Below, in pieces: positions 11,651 through 25,380 of a stretch of DNA of 64,000 nucleotides. A program made the position numbers and the translations under genes. This stretch comes from Glycera tridactyla (taxonomy: Eukaryota): NCBI GenBank assembly GCA_965644265.1, contig OZ286471.1, positions 84,196,001 through 84,260,000 of the forward strand, given 5' to 3'. The first letter of the stretch is position 1. Every line of letters begins with the position of its first letter. The notes under the pieces were generated by a model. The model searched no databases and had not been told where the DNA came from. It saw only the letters and a program-made list of their open reading frames with translations.

Positions 11651-14296
11651 ATTTTTGTACATCAAACTTTCTTAGTCATGTAGTGAGGTCTGAGGTAAAA
11701 TATATGATTGAACATCATCCTGATCACATTTCCAGTCAACAGAGATGTCACCAAACTTGCTCATTCAGTTTGTTGTGATCCGATGCATATCTTCAAATGG
11801 GCTGGTGATACAGATAGCCCGTCGGTTGATGTGAACTGTAGACCATACCTGTGCGTCTATAAAACCTGCTTCTGTCACCCACCTGTCCCTGTCGTCCAGG
11901 AGAAGAATTCAGAAAAAAGATGGGGCAGTAGTCATGACTGCATGCGGAGTTCGTTCTCTACGAGAAGGCAGTAAATGCGTTTGATTGTTTGATTGAGTCG
12001 GGCCTAATGTCTCCACAACCCAGGTAGGATTAGTCGAGACCAAAATACGGTTGGTTCCAGGGCAAAGTCTGAACAAATATTAAACGAAAAAAAGGGTTTG
12101 AAAATGCAGTTTTTCCTTTTTGGGTATTTTTTCGGTATTTTTTAATTTAACTTCATGAAAATGATATCTACTGTCTAGATGATGGCGCAATCCTGGATCT
12201 TTCACGGTGAACAAAATTTGTTCCCAAATTTTTTTTCCTGGGAGGTTGATGATAGGTTAATCCCTAATTCATGTTCGATAATGGTTTAATGAGGTTTGAA
12301 ACAAGATTGACTCTGTCTGCCTTCACGAACCTGTGGATGATCTCAATATATATATATATATATATATCTGTGGATTAAATAAATGATTTTACCTTCAGTA
12401 TGGTATCTCGTGACACGATCCCAGGTACAGTGTAAGAGCATGGCGATGCCTGTTTGATGCTGATGACTAATTGATTGATGCCTAATGCCTCTGGTCTATA
12501 TAGGACTGACCAACCGATCAATCAATCAACACCATACTGTCTGAAAGTCTTCCTCTCATTATCTTCCTGGGGAAAATACAAGGACTGAGGAAAATGCATT
12601 TTGACATTTTTTCTGCAGTCTCATTGAGCACCAGTGATATAAACGAGTCCCAGAATATACATAAACCTATTGAGTGAGGTCAGGCATAATGGCCTATAAC
12701 TGCTCACTGGTTCTACTGGTCTTAAGGGAATGTACCACATTCGTTAGATAGAGGGCAGCAACTCCCTCGAGTTTTCCGCTGTGTAGGATCTATCTGTTAT
12801 TGTGTACATATCTCATTATCTCACACTGGGAAGCATTCTACGGGTACCAATGGGATGTATTGTATGTGGTGTATGAGCTATGCTGTATAAATGGTGTGTT
12901 CATATTTCCCTACCGATTACATTCATCATCGTTATCATGTATTGTGATGTATTTATCTATTCTGTTTATGCCAACCGACCTTCGTGCATATCACATCCCA
13001 ATAAAGGATAGCTTGAGAGAGATACATTGTGAGCCATACTAATCATATGTCATAGTTTACCACACCAAGCACCTGTCACAATTTAGTATAGATAGCACAT
13101 GGCTGTATGTGATGTCATGCTCAGGGGAAAAAAACATGTGAATGAAGATAGGGTCACATCAGATACTGCATTGTATTGGTATCAGACCAAAGTAAAGAAA
13201 ATCATCTATGTGTCTTTTATGAATTTGCATCTGCTTGGATAATCCCATCAATGCGTGATGTCATCTTACAATTTTGCCATGAAGTGCAAACTAGATATAA
13301 AAAAAGGACATGAACAATCAATCATGTTGAATAAAACGTTTCTACTGCCATACCTGACTGACAATAACATTGTAGTCTGATACGAATATATCGCAATATG
13401 CTGGGTTCACCTCCTGGTGAGCTCAGGAGTTGCACCACTTTCTTCATCGATCATATGTGAACTCTGCTTTACCAATTTACGAATTTACGCCACTGTCACC
13501 TATTAGGCCCCTGTGGCCATCACAAGGAATTCGTTTATGTCTGTAGGCTACTTTCCTATGATTAACGAAGGTGGTCTAAACATTCGCCTAGTTTAGGTGG
13601 ATAGACCATGTGGGACAGAGGAAGTACTGATTGCTTGGACTTTGATTCGATTTGCAGGGAGGAGATACAACCAGTGATACCATGTACTCTGGGGATGAGT
13701 TATCTGACAACCAGAGATATGCCAAGCAATCTTTGATTTGATTTGAATAACTTTAGTCATGAAGCATTGAAACAATCATGTTAAATGCTCAAAGGTCAAC
13801 AGTGATCACAACATATATACAGAGAATGATATCTACACACAGTGCAGCAGAAAAAGAGATGGTGACTCGGCGGAGATGATGCTCCAGGAGTATTATTGTC
13901 AATTCGGATTGATGATGAACAGAATGAGTCTAAGAGGGTCGGAAGAGGTTGGTGATATGAAGTTTAGATAGGGAGAAACTATATTACAGGAAATTCATTG
14001 CCCTTGTTGGGTATGGTCTTTTGAGGGGTAGGGAATGCTTGGCATTACAAATTTATCATGACCTCCGCCACTGAGTACTCGAGAAGGAAAAAAGGTCATC
14101 CAGTTAAGTCACAAAATCCTCGAAAAATACTCACAAATCACAAGAAAGATCTAAGAATCTCAAAATCATCCTGGCAATGGCTGATAGAAACACCTCCCTA
14201 GATATATGGAGACTTCCATATAAATAGTAAGGTACATATGTATAGGGATTATTGTTAGCACTTATGACGTGGATTTCAGTTATCTATGACTGTTAA

Positions 14297-15467
14297 TCAG
14301 AATCGGTATTTTAACTTCATCTGTTCTTTAAAGGAGGATACGCTATCTACATTGCGTATTTCATCTTGAATATATTCCACAATCAAATGCCACAGGGGAT
14401 TGTCCGTAATGCAGCAAATTGTGTATGATTCCTTCGGAGGTCCGAATCACTCCTCACTGACTGTCGTGTCACTCTACATGATGTCACAGCCCGCTTCGTG
14501 ACTGTGTTGTGCTGCTGGACACTGCCCTGTTTGTGGACAATTTTGTACATCTCTGTCGAAAGTTGCCTATCGACCAGAGATTGTAGATAAGGCACCTTGA
14601 GGGATATGTGACACTCGGTAGCCGAGAATGATCTACGTGACAATCCCTTGATGATCCGCAGACAACTATTCTGGCACACTTGGAGACGGGACAGGGATTT
14701 CTTGCTCATGCCACATAGAACATAATTGTTGTGACAAAACAATGATTGTAACAAGGAATGGTGAATGAACAGTGCTCTTTCAACTTAAATGAAGGGTCTG
14801 ATATGCATTAATGCTGAGCGACATGTTCGAACTTTCTTGAGGGTAGTTACAATGAGCATCAAAGTTTTCATCTAAGTACTTATACTCTGATTGACGCATG
14901 ATATCCCTGCCCCTGAATGACAGAGAATCGAGATTGATTCTTTGGGTCTGTGGGCGAGTGCCAAAGAACATGAATGCCGATGGCCACATTTAGGGACAAT
15001 TTCATGAATCCGAACCACTGATGCAAAGCTGCTAGGTCCTCTTCTAATTTCGAAGCTATCTCTTCGCATGTACGGCCACTAGCACAAATTGCAGTGTCAT
15101 CTGCGTAGAGAATACACAATGACTGTTTTGAAATATCAGGCAAGCGGTTTACATATAATACAAAAAGTAAGGGTCCCAAAATGGAACCTTGTGGGACCCC
15201 CAGTGTAACTTCCTCGCTACATGATATTGCCCCTTCAAATTTGACACGCTGAGTACGCGCACAAAGGTATGATTCAAACCAACGCATCGCTGAGTTGCAA
15301 AAACCTCCTTCTTTCAGGCGCTCTATAGGGCAACTATGGTCAACTGTATCAAATGCCTTCTTCAGATCCAGGAAGAGAACCCCCGTGGGATGCCCCCGGT
15401 CGGCCTCTTGAAAAATATTATCCAAGAATCCGACCAGACACGTCCCAGTGGAGCATCCCTTCCTGAG
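14297..15467 (-). mobile_element. 5'-truncated CR1/L2-group LINE fragment (RT and C-terminus, disrupted)
   Basis: FLDLKKAFDTVD, GVPQGSILGPLLF, YADD, YKYL. The C-terminus continues past stops as ...DEIRNVDSVSSFKEQMKLKYRF*. Same family as 44462-45828. Confidence 0.9.
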
Positions 15468-18400
15468 CAGGGTGAGAGGTCATACTGAGTCCATTTGTCT
15501 TCTCAACTCGAAAGACCTATAAGCTCAATCTATAAGCAGATTGATTGTTTGGCAACGTTGCCTCTAAGGTCGTTTTGGTGTCAGAAGGGATGAGACAGCT
15601 GGTGAGCTCGATTGTTTGGTTTCTTTTCTGTTAGTACCATAGATACTCCTTTATTGGATACGTATCTTTATTTGCTTTGCTATTTCAAGATTGTAATCTC
15701 TGGGGATTTTTTAAAGGTATACTATGAATGTTCATATTGTCAGACAGGAGTGGAACTGAACATATTCTCCAGTCTTCAATCCAAATAGTATTCTGGAGCT
15801 CTTCATCTTGTTGGGATTTCGATTGAGATCAGTACATTTGGCTCCATACAGGGACATGGAAAGACTTCATTTTCGACTAGCAGCTCAATCATGATATAAA
15901 TTTTTATCCATGCATTGCATTCAGTGTATTGAAATGAATTGCACTCAAATGGGATAGTAGCGTAGAGATAGATAAAAAAGAATATTCGATCACTGATTGC
16001 TAATTGCCAGCATGAAATTATACCTACATGGTTTTTGAAGCCTTGCAGGATTCAACATTATGGATCTCAAGAAGAGATGACATCAATCACCTAGGTCCTT
16101 CTGAGAGGAAGCGTTCACTATGTACACAATTCAGACCTCATCAGAAGACATGACCTCAATATGGCGTGTGCAGCACCTCACAGTCTATATGAAGGATGAT
16201 TCAGTTTGATGTGCATATATGATGATGAATATGGTAATTATGATGATTCATGAATGGATCATGGCCTCCGTAGATTCAGGAACATTATGAATGAGCTAAT
16301 TGATTTGCCAATTGTCTACAATCGGCCTCATCTGCATGGTCACACTAAACGGTCTGGTGATGATGCTGCTGTTGCTGCTTATGATGATAACGATGATGAT
16401 GATGATGTTGATGATGATGATATACACACTTACGTTTCACCACTTGCACTATCGCTGATTGCAGGTTGACTGTAATCCCGTCAAGCATGAACTAGTGGTG
16501 TGTACGGTCGAGAAATCCATGTCCACTATTTTGACAATTTTAAAAACAGCGCAGCTCAGTTAGTTGCAGGGTATTTTCGATGATCAGAACGTTAAACTAT
16601 CTGTCCTTTGGATGACCAATTTTGCTATCTAATATGATGGCAAAACATATGTTAATTCATAGGGGAGCAGAGGTCAGAGAAACAAGCAATTTGTACATCA
16701 CACCGCCATGATGCTGCTGGCTGCATCCACATCTAAAGAATCAATACCAATCTTTATGATACTGCTATTCTAATTCTGGTAGCGTCTAGCGAAGCCCTAG
16801 GAGTTTTCATCATGGTTACTCACATATGTTGTTCCCCAACTACAATTTCCATAAATCAAATTACTACTTCTTGCACACACATGGCTCCACATTGCATTTC
16901 AAGCAACCTGAGACGCATTTTAATTCACCTCTCACAATCTCATCAAGAAAAGCAAGGCACCAGATCATAAGCTTTACATATGCTAGATGCAGAGCTGGGA
17001 TGAAAGTTTAACCGAGTGCAAACAAAGTAATATCCAATTTAAATAATACAATCCTGTTATTCAAGAAGAAAGATCAATCATCTCATCACTTTGTGAACAA
17101 AATATCCACAAACCTTCTGCCCTTCATTTGCGTTTGACTGCAGTACCAAAAGTTTCACCCGTATCCAACTGGGCCATGATTTAATCCAATGGTGATTCAT
17201 TCAACAACCAGAATCTATATTGGTTTTGATCAATAGTTTTGTGGCAAACTTGACGGGACCAGGTCCAATCCAATTCAGCATTCATAACCAACCGGAAATC
17301 TCGTAGCAATGTGAAATATTAGTCATCCAATAGGGGAGAAGCTCATCAAAAAATTTTCCCTTTCACAGATCAGTGAAGAGATCCTGAGGATGCTCATATA
17401 GTGATATGGCGAAACATAGATGCAGTAAAGTCCCATATTTGCTTTCTTCGATTTGAACTTGGTATGGTACATCAGCATATAAGATATACTGAAAATGATC
17501 AGCCACAGGGCTCTGAGATCTTAATCCACTGTCGATAAAAATAGCATTTAGACTGCTGAAGTATATCGAGGGAAATATAAGAAAGGGTCCTATCCAATTT
17601 ACTGAGTGCTTTCTGCTCACCGCTCCGGTGTTGGCTGAATAGCAAAAGAACTGAGAAGAAATGTAATTTCGATGTGATATTTCCTGCAATTCGATCAACT
17701 AGTTTGTAACCACAATGATGCCCATTTGTGAACAGTCATGATCACAACTGTGTCGATGGTCATGATGAGGGAATACCAGGCTTTGCAAAGTGATTCAGAT
17801 TTGATGGAATGTATCTGCAACCCTGAAGGAGAAGTCCTGAATCATCACACCCGTGTCCATTGCACCAGCATCTCAAAATAGCAAAGATGGTACTCATGGG
17901 ATGTAAAACAACCAGCCAAGAACCCCTTTCTCAATATCAATTCTCATGAGGGAAAATGAAGAACTTGTTCCGCAAGGGGAGTGGAATTGACTGGTCATGA
18001 ATATCCATGTGTAACTAGTTGAAATTGATATTTCAGGCATACTTCATATCGGAAGAACATGGAAAATTGACTCATGTTCATGATAATCTTGTTGAGTTGA
18101 TTGCCTCAAATGAGATACGGCGAAGTTATTATCTCTACATGATGATAAAGACGACCTAATTAAAACGGATCTCAACTAATGATATTACCACAAGCTCATA
18201 CATAATTAGATTAGATTACTATAGTTTTTAATTTTAAGTTAATAATAATTGGAAATGAGACGTATGTGGTCCAACAGTCCCAAGTCTGTGATGATGAATT
18301 CACCACTACATCCTGAACAAAAGTGTGGGTATCATATCACACCAATCCCACTTACTTTATACACACGACAATTGGCCATATCTGATGTTTGACACTTCAA

Positions 18401-20902
18401 AAAATTGAATCACTCCAATATGGTGAGTGTTTGACCTGTTTTTCCTGATGGAGCACAAACATCACATATATATGCATACAGAAATGCAAAATGGATATAG
18501 TAATTGTGATGAAATGAAGGGAAAAGTGGTTGTAGAAAGCACTGGTGAGGAGGTTGCCCTATACTGCGGTAATAATGCCAGTCTTTGTGTGTTTCGTCCA
18601 ATTTGCCTCAGTACTCTGAGTTCAGCAATCTATATTACATTTATGGGTTTTTTTTTTTGACAGTGTTCAGTTATAATTGAGATCTGATTGTCATGTCAAA
18701 TCACCCTCTGTAATGAACATCACCTAGAGGAGGGGGCTATGTGTTGCACATACCTGCTGAAAACTATCTTCACCCGCATCTGATAATTAGGGACTAGGTT
18801 TATCGAGATCTGATACTATGCCGCTGCTGCCCAGCTTGTGTCGACTGTGTTGGTGATATCAGACTAGGGTTGCATCCGATAGTATTCTTTACTTCATCCA
18901 CGCTGATGGCATGGCATCACATTCATTGGCTATGATCAAAAGGCTGCCTCTATTTCATCATCATGTCTTGTTTATGAGCGAGATAACAAATATGATTTGT
19001 CGGTTATGGGACTATTAAGGCAATGGCCACTCAAACAATTTATTTGTGTTGAGGAACTATCCATGTCTTTTTATTCCGGGATTATGGATGTTGTCTTTTC
19101 TGGACCTTGTTCAGTGCCTAAACATGCCTCAACATAACAATCCAGATCATATGGCAGAAGAAAGTGATGAGATTTGCTGTGAATGGATCAATCAATCTAC
19201 TCCGAGAAATGTCAACTTCGGATTACAGGATTATAAGATTACCTGTATGCGGGAACATCTTCGAGATTATATCTGCTGCTATCATCAGTGATCTTTCACA
19301 ATGAATATTATATACAATCTTCGGATCACTGCTTCTCAGTTTCTGATATCATCTCTCTGAGCACCACTCATCATGTAGACTATCAAGGCAAATGAAGAAG
19401 GTCCATGATTGTTCACCATCCATGTCAAATAATGCGAATACTATAAGGGATTCATGAATATGTATTATAGAAAGAGAACTGCACCTTTTCCTTTTTGAAG
19501 TGCATGAACTCTTGGTCCGCTGTATCTGCCCATCTTACCACCATCCCCCCCCCCCCCTCACCCACCCATCGATTCATCCATCCATCCATCCATTTTTCCA
19601 CCAATCCATTCATTATCCCATCTATCTAATTTTCCTCACACCATTAATGACAGCTTGTGTTTTGGGTGTCTCATGACGTGACATTAGCCCAGAACCAAAC
19701 AGCAAAAACTTACTCATGTTTTCACCTATATGCTGGTGACATTTGATATAGCACTACCGTCAGGTGAAGTAGTGAAACAGGGAGTGGTGAATCTTGGCTT
19801 GGCGGTAGACTGATGATCTATTGTTTGTACTTCAGCTCGGAATACCATGGCAACACTCCATTCACCCAGCCACCAGCATCCCATCCATCACTCGTCATCT
19901 CTGGCGGATACTTCCTGACCTAAGTCTGCACCACAGCCAGCTCCAGTGAGGGGCATTCAATGGTGATCTCCCACATCCGGAATTGATCACCCACTGTAGC
20001 GGTATTTATATATATATATATATCACGACATATTTGCATGTATTGCAAATCTAGGCACTAGAGAAGGTGAAGCTCATCTGAATTGCGGAAAGTCTTCTCC
20101 ATTTCTGAAAACTTCATTGTTTGCGAGGTCCCTCAGGCACACTTCAGGGGACATCATAGAGTACATAGAATCCATCCTCCTCTCATAACCAGGAGCCTCG
20201 AAAATCATGATCGGTTGGATTGATTGGTTAGAAGGCGTGCCACAAGTGCTACAACAATTCTCTATATACACTCTGGACTCGGAATGATGGATGTCCTAGT
20301 GGCCATGAAATGAAAAGGGTTATCGGATCAGAAACACTCTTGCTCATTTCAAATAAGCCAATGGGTGATCATCTACTCAATTGAAACCAACTTTTGGGCC
20401 AGAAAGCAATGCATATCGGGAAAGCCCAGAACTTGAAGAGAGGTGAATTTATCAGGCCCTTGTTATCATCAGGGCAGAATAAAGCCTTCGAGCAAATGAT
20501 GCCCACCAATCAGAGCCCCGAATTAGATTATCGATCTGAAGTGAAATGGACAAATTGGCGTCTTCGATGTCTTGACAAGGAATGCAATCTGGATGGTTTC
20601 AGGTGAATGAGTGACTGACAGCGTCCAGTATAGCCGTGCCTCTCCACCAGGGCTGTTGACTATGGTGATTCACGTGAACAAATTAGCTTAAGGTGTACTG
20701 ATTAGCAGCTTCCTGGCTAGGAAACATCTATCCTAAAGCAGGGAGTCCTCATCTACTGCTAAAGCCTCTCTATCTTGTTAAGATAAATTAAATCTATATG
20801 ATGGAAGACTGGTGCTTCTGTGTAGGAAAAAGAGTCCATTTTGCAGGCTCCAAACTTTCAAATATGATGGGTCGACAACCGAAATAAATGACAATGTCGG
20901 TG

Positions 20903-21078
20903 NNNNNNNNNNNNNNNNNNNNNNNNNNNNNNNNNNNNNNNNNNNNNNNNNNNNNNNNNNNNNNNNNNNNNNNNNNNNNNNNNNNNNNNNNNNNNNNNNN
21001 NNNNNNNNNNNNNNNNNNNNNNNNNNNNNNNNNNNNNNNNNNNNNNNNNNNNNNNNNNNNNNNNNNNNNNNNNNNNNN
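20903..21078. other. Assembly gap (N run); others at 23209-23350, 34267-34694, 40808-41412, 41931-42171, 58059-58211
   Basis: Runs of N in the sequence. Confidence 1.
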
Positions 21079-23350
21079 AGTGTTGTTGTTGGAAGTGTAG
21101 ATTGTCTGTACTATCACATGTCTATCGGTCTAGACAACGTTTTCACGTGCAGTAGTTGCGCATACATGATATCATCAAAAATACAGCCAGGACAGACTAT
21201 TTATGGTCATGAATTGTGATAAAATACCGGCGGGAGACATAAATGCCAACTCCTTGGGGAATGGGACGGCTACCGTAATCAGATCAGGGAAGAAGATGTG
21301 TGGGACAGGACGACACTATGTAGTATTCATATAGCGTCTTTCTATCGTGATCAGAGCCTGCTTGGCACTCCCGCACATAAAACACACTAGTCAGTGATTC
21401 CCCACATTTGATTGAAGCAGCATGACCATCACTACCGTTTACCTCCTCATGACTACAGTTTTCATGATATCGGGTATTCCAAGCACAAGGATGAGATGCG
21501 AGGTACCACGATATTCGGATGACTCTGACGGAGCAATAACAACGACATACAATGACCTAGGATTGCTGTGTAATAGAGTGTAGGTAGAGGTGAGCATGTA
21601 TATCCGACTGTAGAAGGTACTCGAATGCTACCTAAATCTCTAGAGCCTGACCTCTCAAGAACATCCTTTTATATAAGTAGAAGCTTTTTCCGCCAACGAC
21701 AGTCCAGAGGAAAATAATTGAAATATTCCCAATCGTAAGGTTTTCACCCATTGCCTGAGTCAGTCAAACTTGAGAGTGGCGCTGCAGTCAAGCAAGCCGC
21801 ACAATGCATCCTTGACTGCATACACTCACAGTCAGCCAAACAGTCAAAGTGCTTGTAACTCTGTGTGACCTGTTATATGGATTTGTATGACCAGGACCTG
21901 AGCCAAAAGACTGAAGCACGAGATGGATTCATGCAAAAACGCTCATAACAGCACGCACATTGGAAAAAGACTCTGATTCTACCTACTCGAAGAAATATTG
22001 CAATCCAGATCCTACTGGTACTCATGCAAGTGAAAGTCATAAAAATACAGGGTAGATTCAACATGGTTGGATGGTCTGCTGTTCCAGTGTGAGCACAGAT
22101 TGGAATCTATCGAACCACCCATGGCAATAGGTCATCAGCGTACCTAAATGATGATTGCCCAACAAAAGGTACAATATGGGGATCGCAGACACTTAACATT
22201 TTCTTTCATACACCCCTCCATCCAATTATTGCATCCCTATACATAGTATTGGTATTGGTGCGATACACAATCAGTTGATCGGAACTAGTCTGAAACGGAA
22301 GGAAATATAGCCCAGGACATGAACTGATGTCAGGGAAGAGATGTTGTAATGCCAAACAATATAATGGATGTTACCCGTGGAACGACTGTGAGGTAGACGT
22401 TCTCTGGAGCAATTCGAGATATCAGTAAATGAACGAACTCTTTCCGGTGAAAATTGTCCTGACCTGCATGACCATGTAGGGTCAAACAATCGAAGCGAGA
22501 CTGATATACAAGTGGCGTTGGTCCAACTTGAGATAGAATATCAGGCATTGAGGTCAAGTGGGCGATATATGGTTATGCCTGATTGGTAGCTTGATGGGAT
22601 CGATAGGGTCCCAGTTTCGGTGATCATGGGTGAATGCTGAGGCACATCCAATGTATCAGAACGGTGGAAAAAGGTTTTTGAGCATCTCATGGAAAATATG
22701 TAACCAATGACGCTTCGGTCAGTAATTTATGTTGCAATCACACCAATATCTCCCCCATGTCCGCTTCCACTTTGTCGAGGTTGTGAATTCAATTATTGGA
22801 TGTGAAGTTGATATCTCAGTGATGTGTACTCTCCCGAAAGCACAGTATGAGATACAAACGATAGCATCCTTTCTAGGAAGCTGTAGTCTCTACCTAATTG
22901 GCCTGCCTGTCACCAGGAACTCGTTGTTTGAGCCTCATGAAAATTACCTGGAAATTGCACCCCCGAGATTAGGTGTGTATTAAGTGAGGCTCACGTGCTG
23001 TGTCATCACTATGCCACCCACAGGCAGGAGTCAGCTGATCTGATCTCTGCAGGACCAGCAAGACTGCCCATCTGATGTAAGCAACCAACTTCTAACCACG
23101 ATGCCATGAGCCAGAAACGTCTTTCACAGTACACAATATGGTAACCATTATTATATGAACATCCAATACCCAGAATTATTGGATGTCTAGAAGTGATACG
23201 TTTGTAAANNNNNNNNNNNNNNNNNNNNNNNNNNNNNNNNNNNNNNNNNNNNNNNNNNNNNNNNNNNNNNNNNNNNNNNNNNNNNNNNNNNNNNNNNNNN
23301 NNNNNNNNNNNNNNNNNNNNNNNNNNNNNNNNNNNNNNNNNNNNNNNNNN

Positions 23351-24780
23351 TGCTGTCATATCACAGGGATAATGTGGTTGGTGGCTGACTGGCAGACATC
23401 TGCCACAGCAGATTGGGATTACTCCAGATGGGGATTCAGTCTGAATTATTCATGCTGTCTAATTGCCTGTCTCTTCTTGTCTCTCTCAAGATGCTAATAA
23501 AGCTGATCCATCTTACTTATCCAGCTGTGCACTTCTCAGAAACACACAAAAGGCTGGCTGTTGTACATGATATTTGACTGACTTCAACCAATTCATGTCC
23601 TGTGCTATGGTTTTGATTGTCGGAGTCAAATATGTTCCTCTATTCAATGTTGGGTGGTATTTTCCATCACTTGAGAGAATCAACCAGGTGCTGATGTTTT
23701 CAAACAACATGGATGATTCATGAAGTGGAATGACCACAAAGTGTGTGTTTGCCACGCAGTGAAGCCCTGGCTCGTCCCATAAATGTTTCCCCCTAATCAG
23801 TCCTTCTTCTCGAATGAGAGGGGGGTGAAGTAAAACTTGTCTGAACATTGAAAGATGATGGATGCTCCCATGTCAATCACCAAAGGCAATGAGTCTTGTT
23901 TTATGGATCTTGCAGTCATAATTTCACAAGCATTGTATAAGGTTTACAGCTTCGAATTTCACGTAAGTTTCTTCATATGAAACTGCTGAGATGTTGATAA
24001 TACCTTGTAGTCAATTCACCCATGCAGGTATCATGAACAAAGCACATATGAGTGGGTTGGTGTGCCAGTAGAGTTTGTTGAAACAGACCTTTGTTTGAAT
24101 TTGATTATCCTATTGGTTCGGCCAGTTGTGGATGGCCATATCCAGTGTGTTCAACAAACGTCATTGAATTGAATTTAGACGGGATTACAAACAAACAAGT
24201 GCACTCAATCTTGGCAGGTCTGAATAGACCATTTTCTGGCACAAACCACCACCAGCACTCTCTCGGAATTTAGGCAGAGGTACTTCAGCCCAGTGATTGA
24301 TCATATCCTATAACCCTTCAACTCGGTGAAATGATCTATATTCAAGTATTTCTGTGATATAGAGCCTGTCCCTTGCATCATTGAAAAGAGTGATTAAAAG
24401 TCCTATTCTTGCAAGTACATGGGTATTCACATATATCTGCTTGATCTCTGATGATCATATGCACCTCAATCTGATTTTAACAATAATAATTGCAGGGATT
24501 TATCTAAAGGGAGTCATATAACGGTGATCTAGTTGCAGATATCTCAATATGGCCACTACATGATCAAGAAATGTGTTATTGGATCGTGCATATGAATTCA
24601 CATGTGCTAGGAATAACCGCCTCCGTTCCTCCACAGGGTGCAATCACGGGGCTTTTAAAGCATGTCAAAATATGGGAGGCAATCGGAGTGTTCGCGGTTG
24701 ATAGCTTGTGGATACGTCTGAGTTTTTCATGTTTTTACTGGCTGGATTATTCTGAGCTTTGAAGACTAATCGCAGTGAAT
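23351..24780. repeat. Duplicated host block g (copies at ~39110-39390, partial, and ~41413-42600)
   Basis: ctgactggcagacatctgcc...ctctcaagatgct...aaagctgatc is shared by three loci; 24090-24480 is colinear with 42230-42600. Confidence 0.88.
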
Positions 24781-25380
24781 GGCTCTGCAGTCGACTGAAA
24801 TTTCAATTTGGAACACAATTGGCTCGTCCTATGAGATGAATGTTTTTAAAAAGTTTGACAGACACGAGCCATTTTCGATAATTCTGAGATCGTGACTCCA
24901 AATCTTTCATGGTTTTTTTGTTATTCTTGGTGTCTGTTTGGGCAAGATCATAAGAGAAAATAAAGCCGTCTATTAGAGCAAGAGATGATGTTGAGCCTGG
25001 TATACGTCTGTCTTACTGTCCCTCGCTCTTTCATATCGCAAGTTGTAAGACAAATTAGTTCTGGATGATAGGTGAACACTTTTCAATATTCAAACCTGAA
25101 AAGCAAATCCCGGAGTGAGCTATGGGAGCTGAATTATAATAAAACCGAGGTGGCTACGAAGCTCATGTTTGTTTGTTTGTTTGTTTGTTTTGACTGATCT
25201 AAGCCCAGCGCCACTGTCATAATATGAAGATTCTGATCTTCCAAGTGTGTGTGTGTGTGTGTGTGTGTGTCTTCAACCTGTGGTTGTTGACTTGCCCTCC
25301 CTGTTTATTCGGGTGCCTCAACCCTCATGGGAGGCTTGGCCTTGTCCCTTTTTGATATTTTTTCTTTCTTCTTTTTCCTC

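Larger units (their letters stand above)
6018..12100. repeat. Segmental/tandem duplication unit A (homologous to ~33010-38200 and ~52700-57500)
   Basis: Long colinear near-identical blocks, e.g. 6371-7700 vs 33190-34990; 9100-11520 vs 35090-37620; 11780-12060 vs 37780-38160 and 56950-57480. Confidence 0.92.

Noticed and set aside
12720-12800. Kolobok/MITE-like start (ttaaggg...tagatagagggcagca)
   Set aside because: No matching terminal inverted repeat or second TTAA boundary found.
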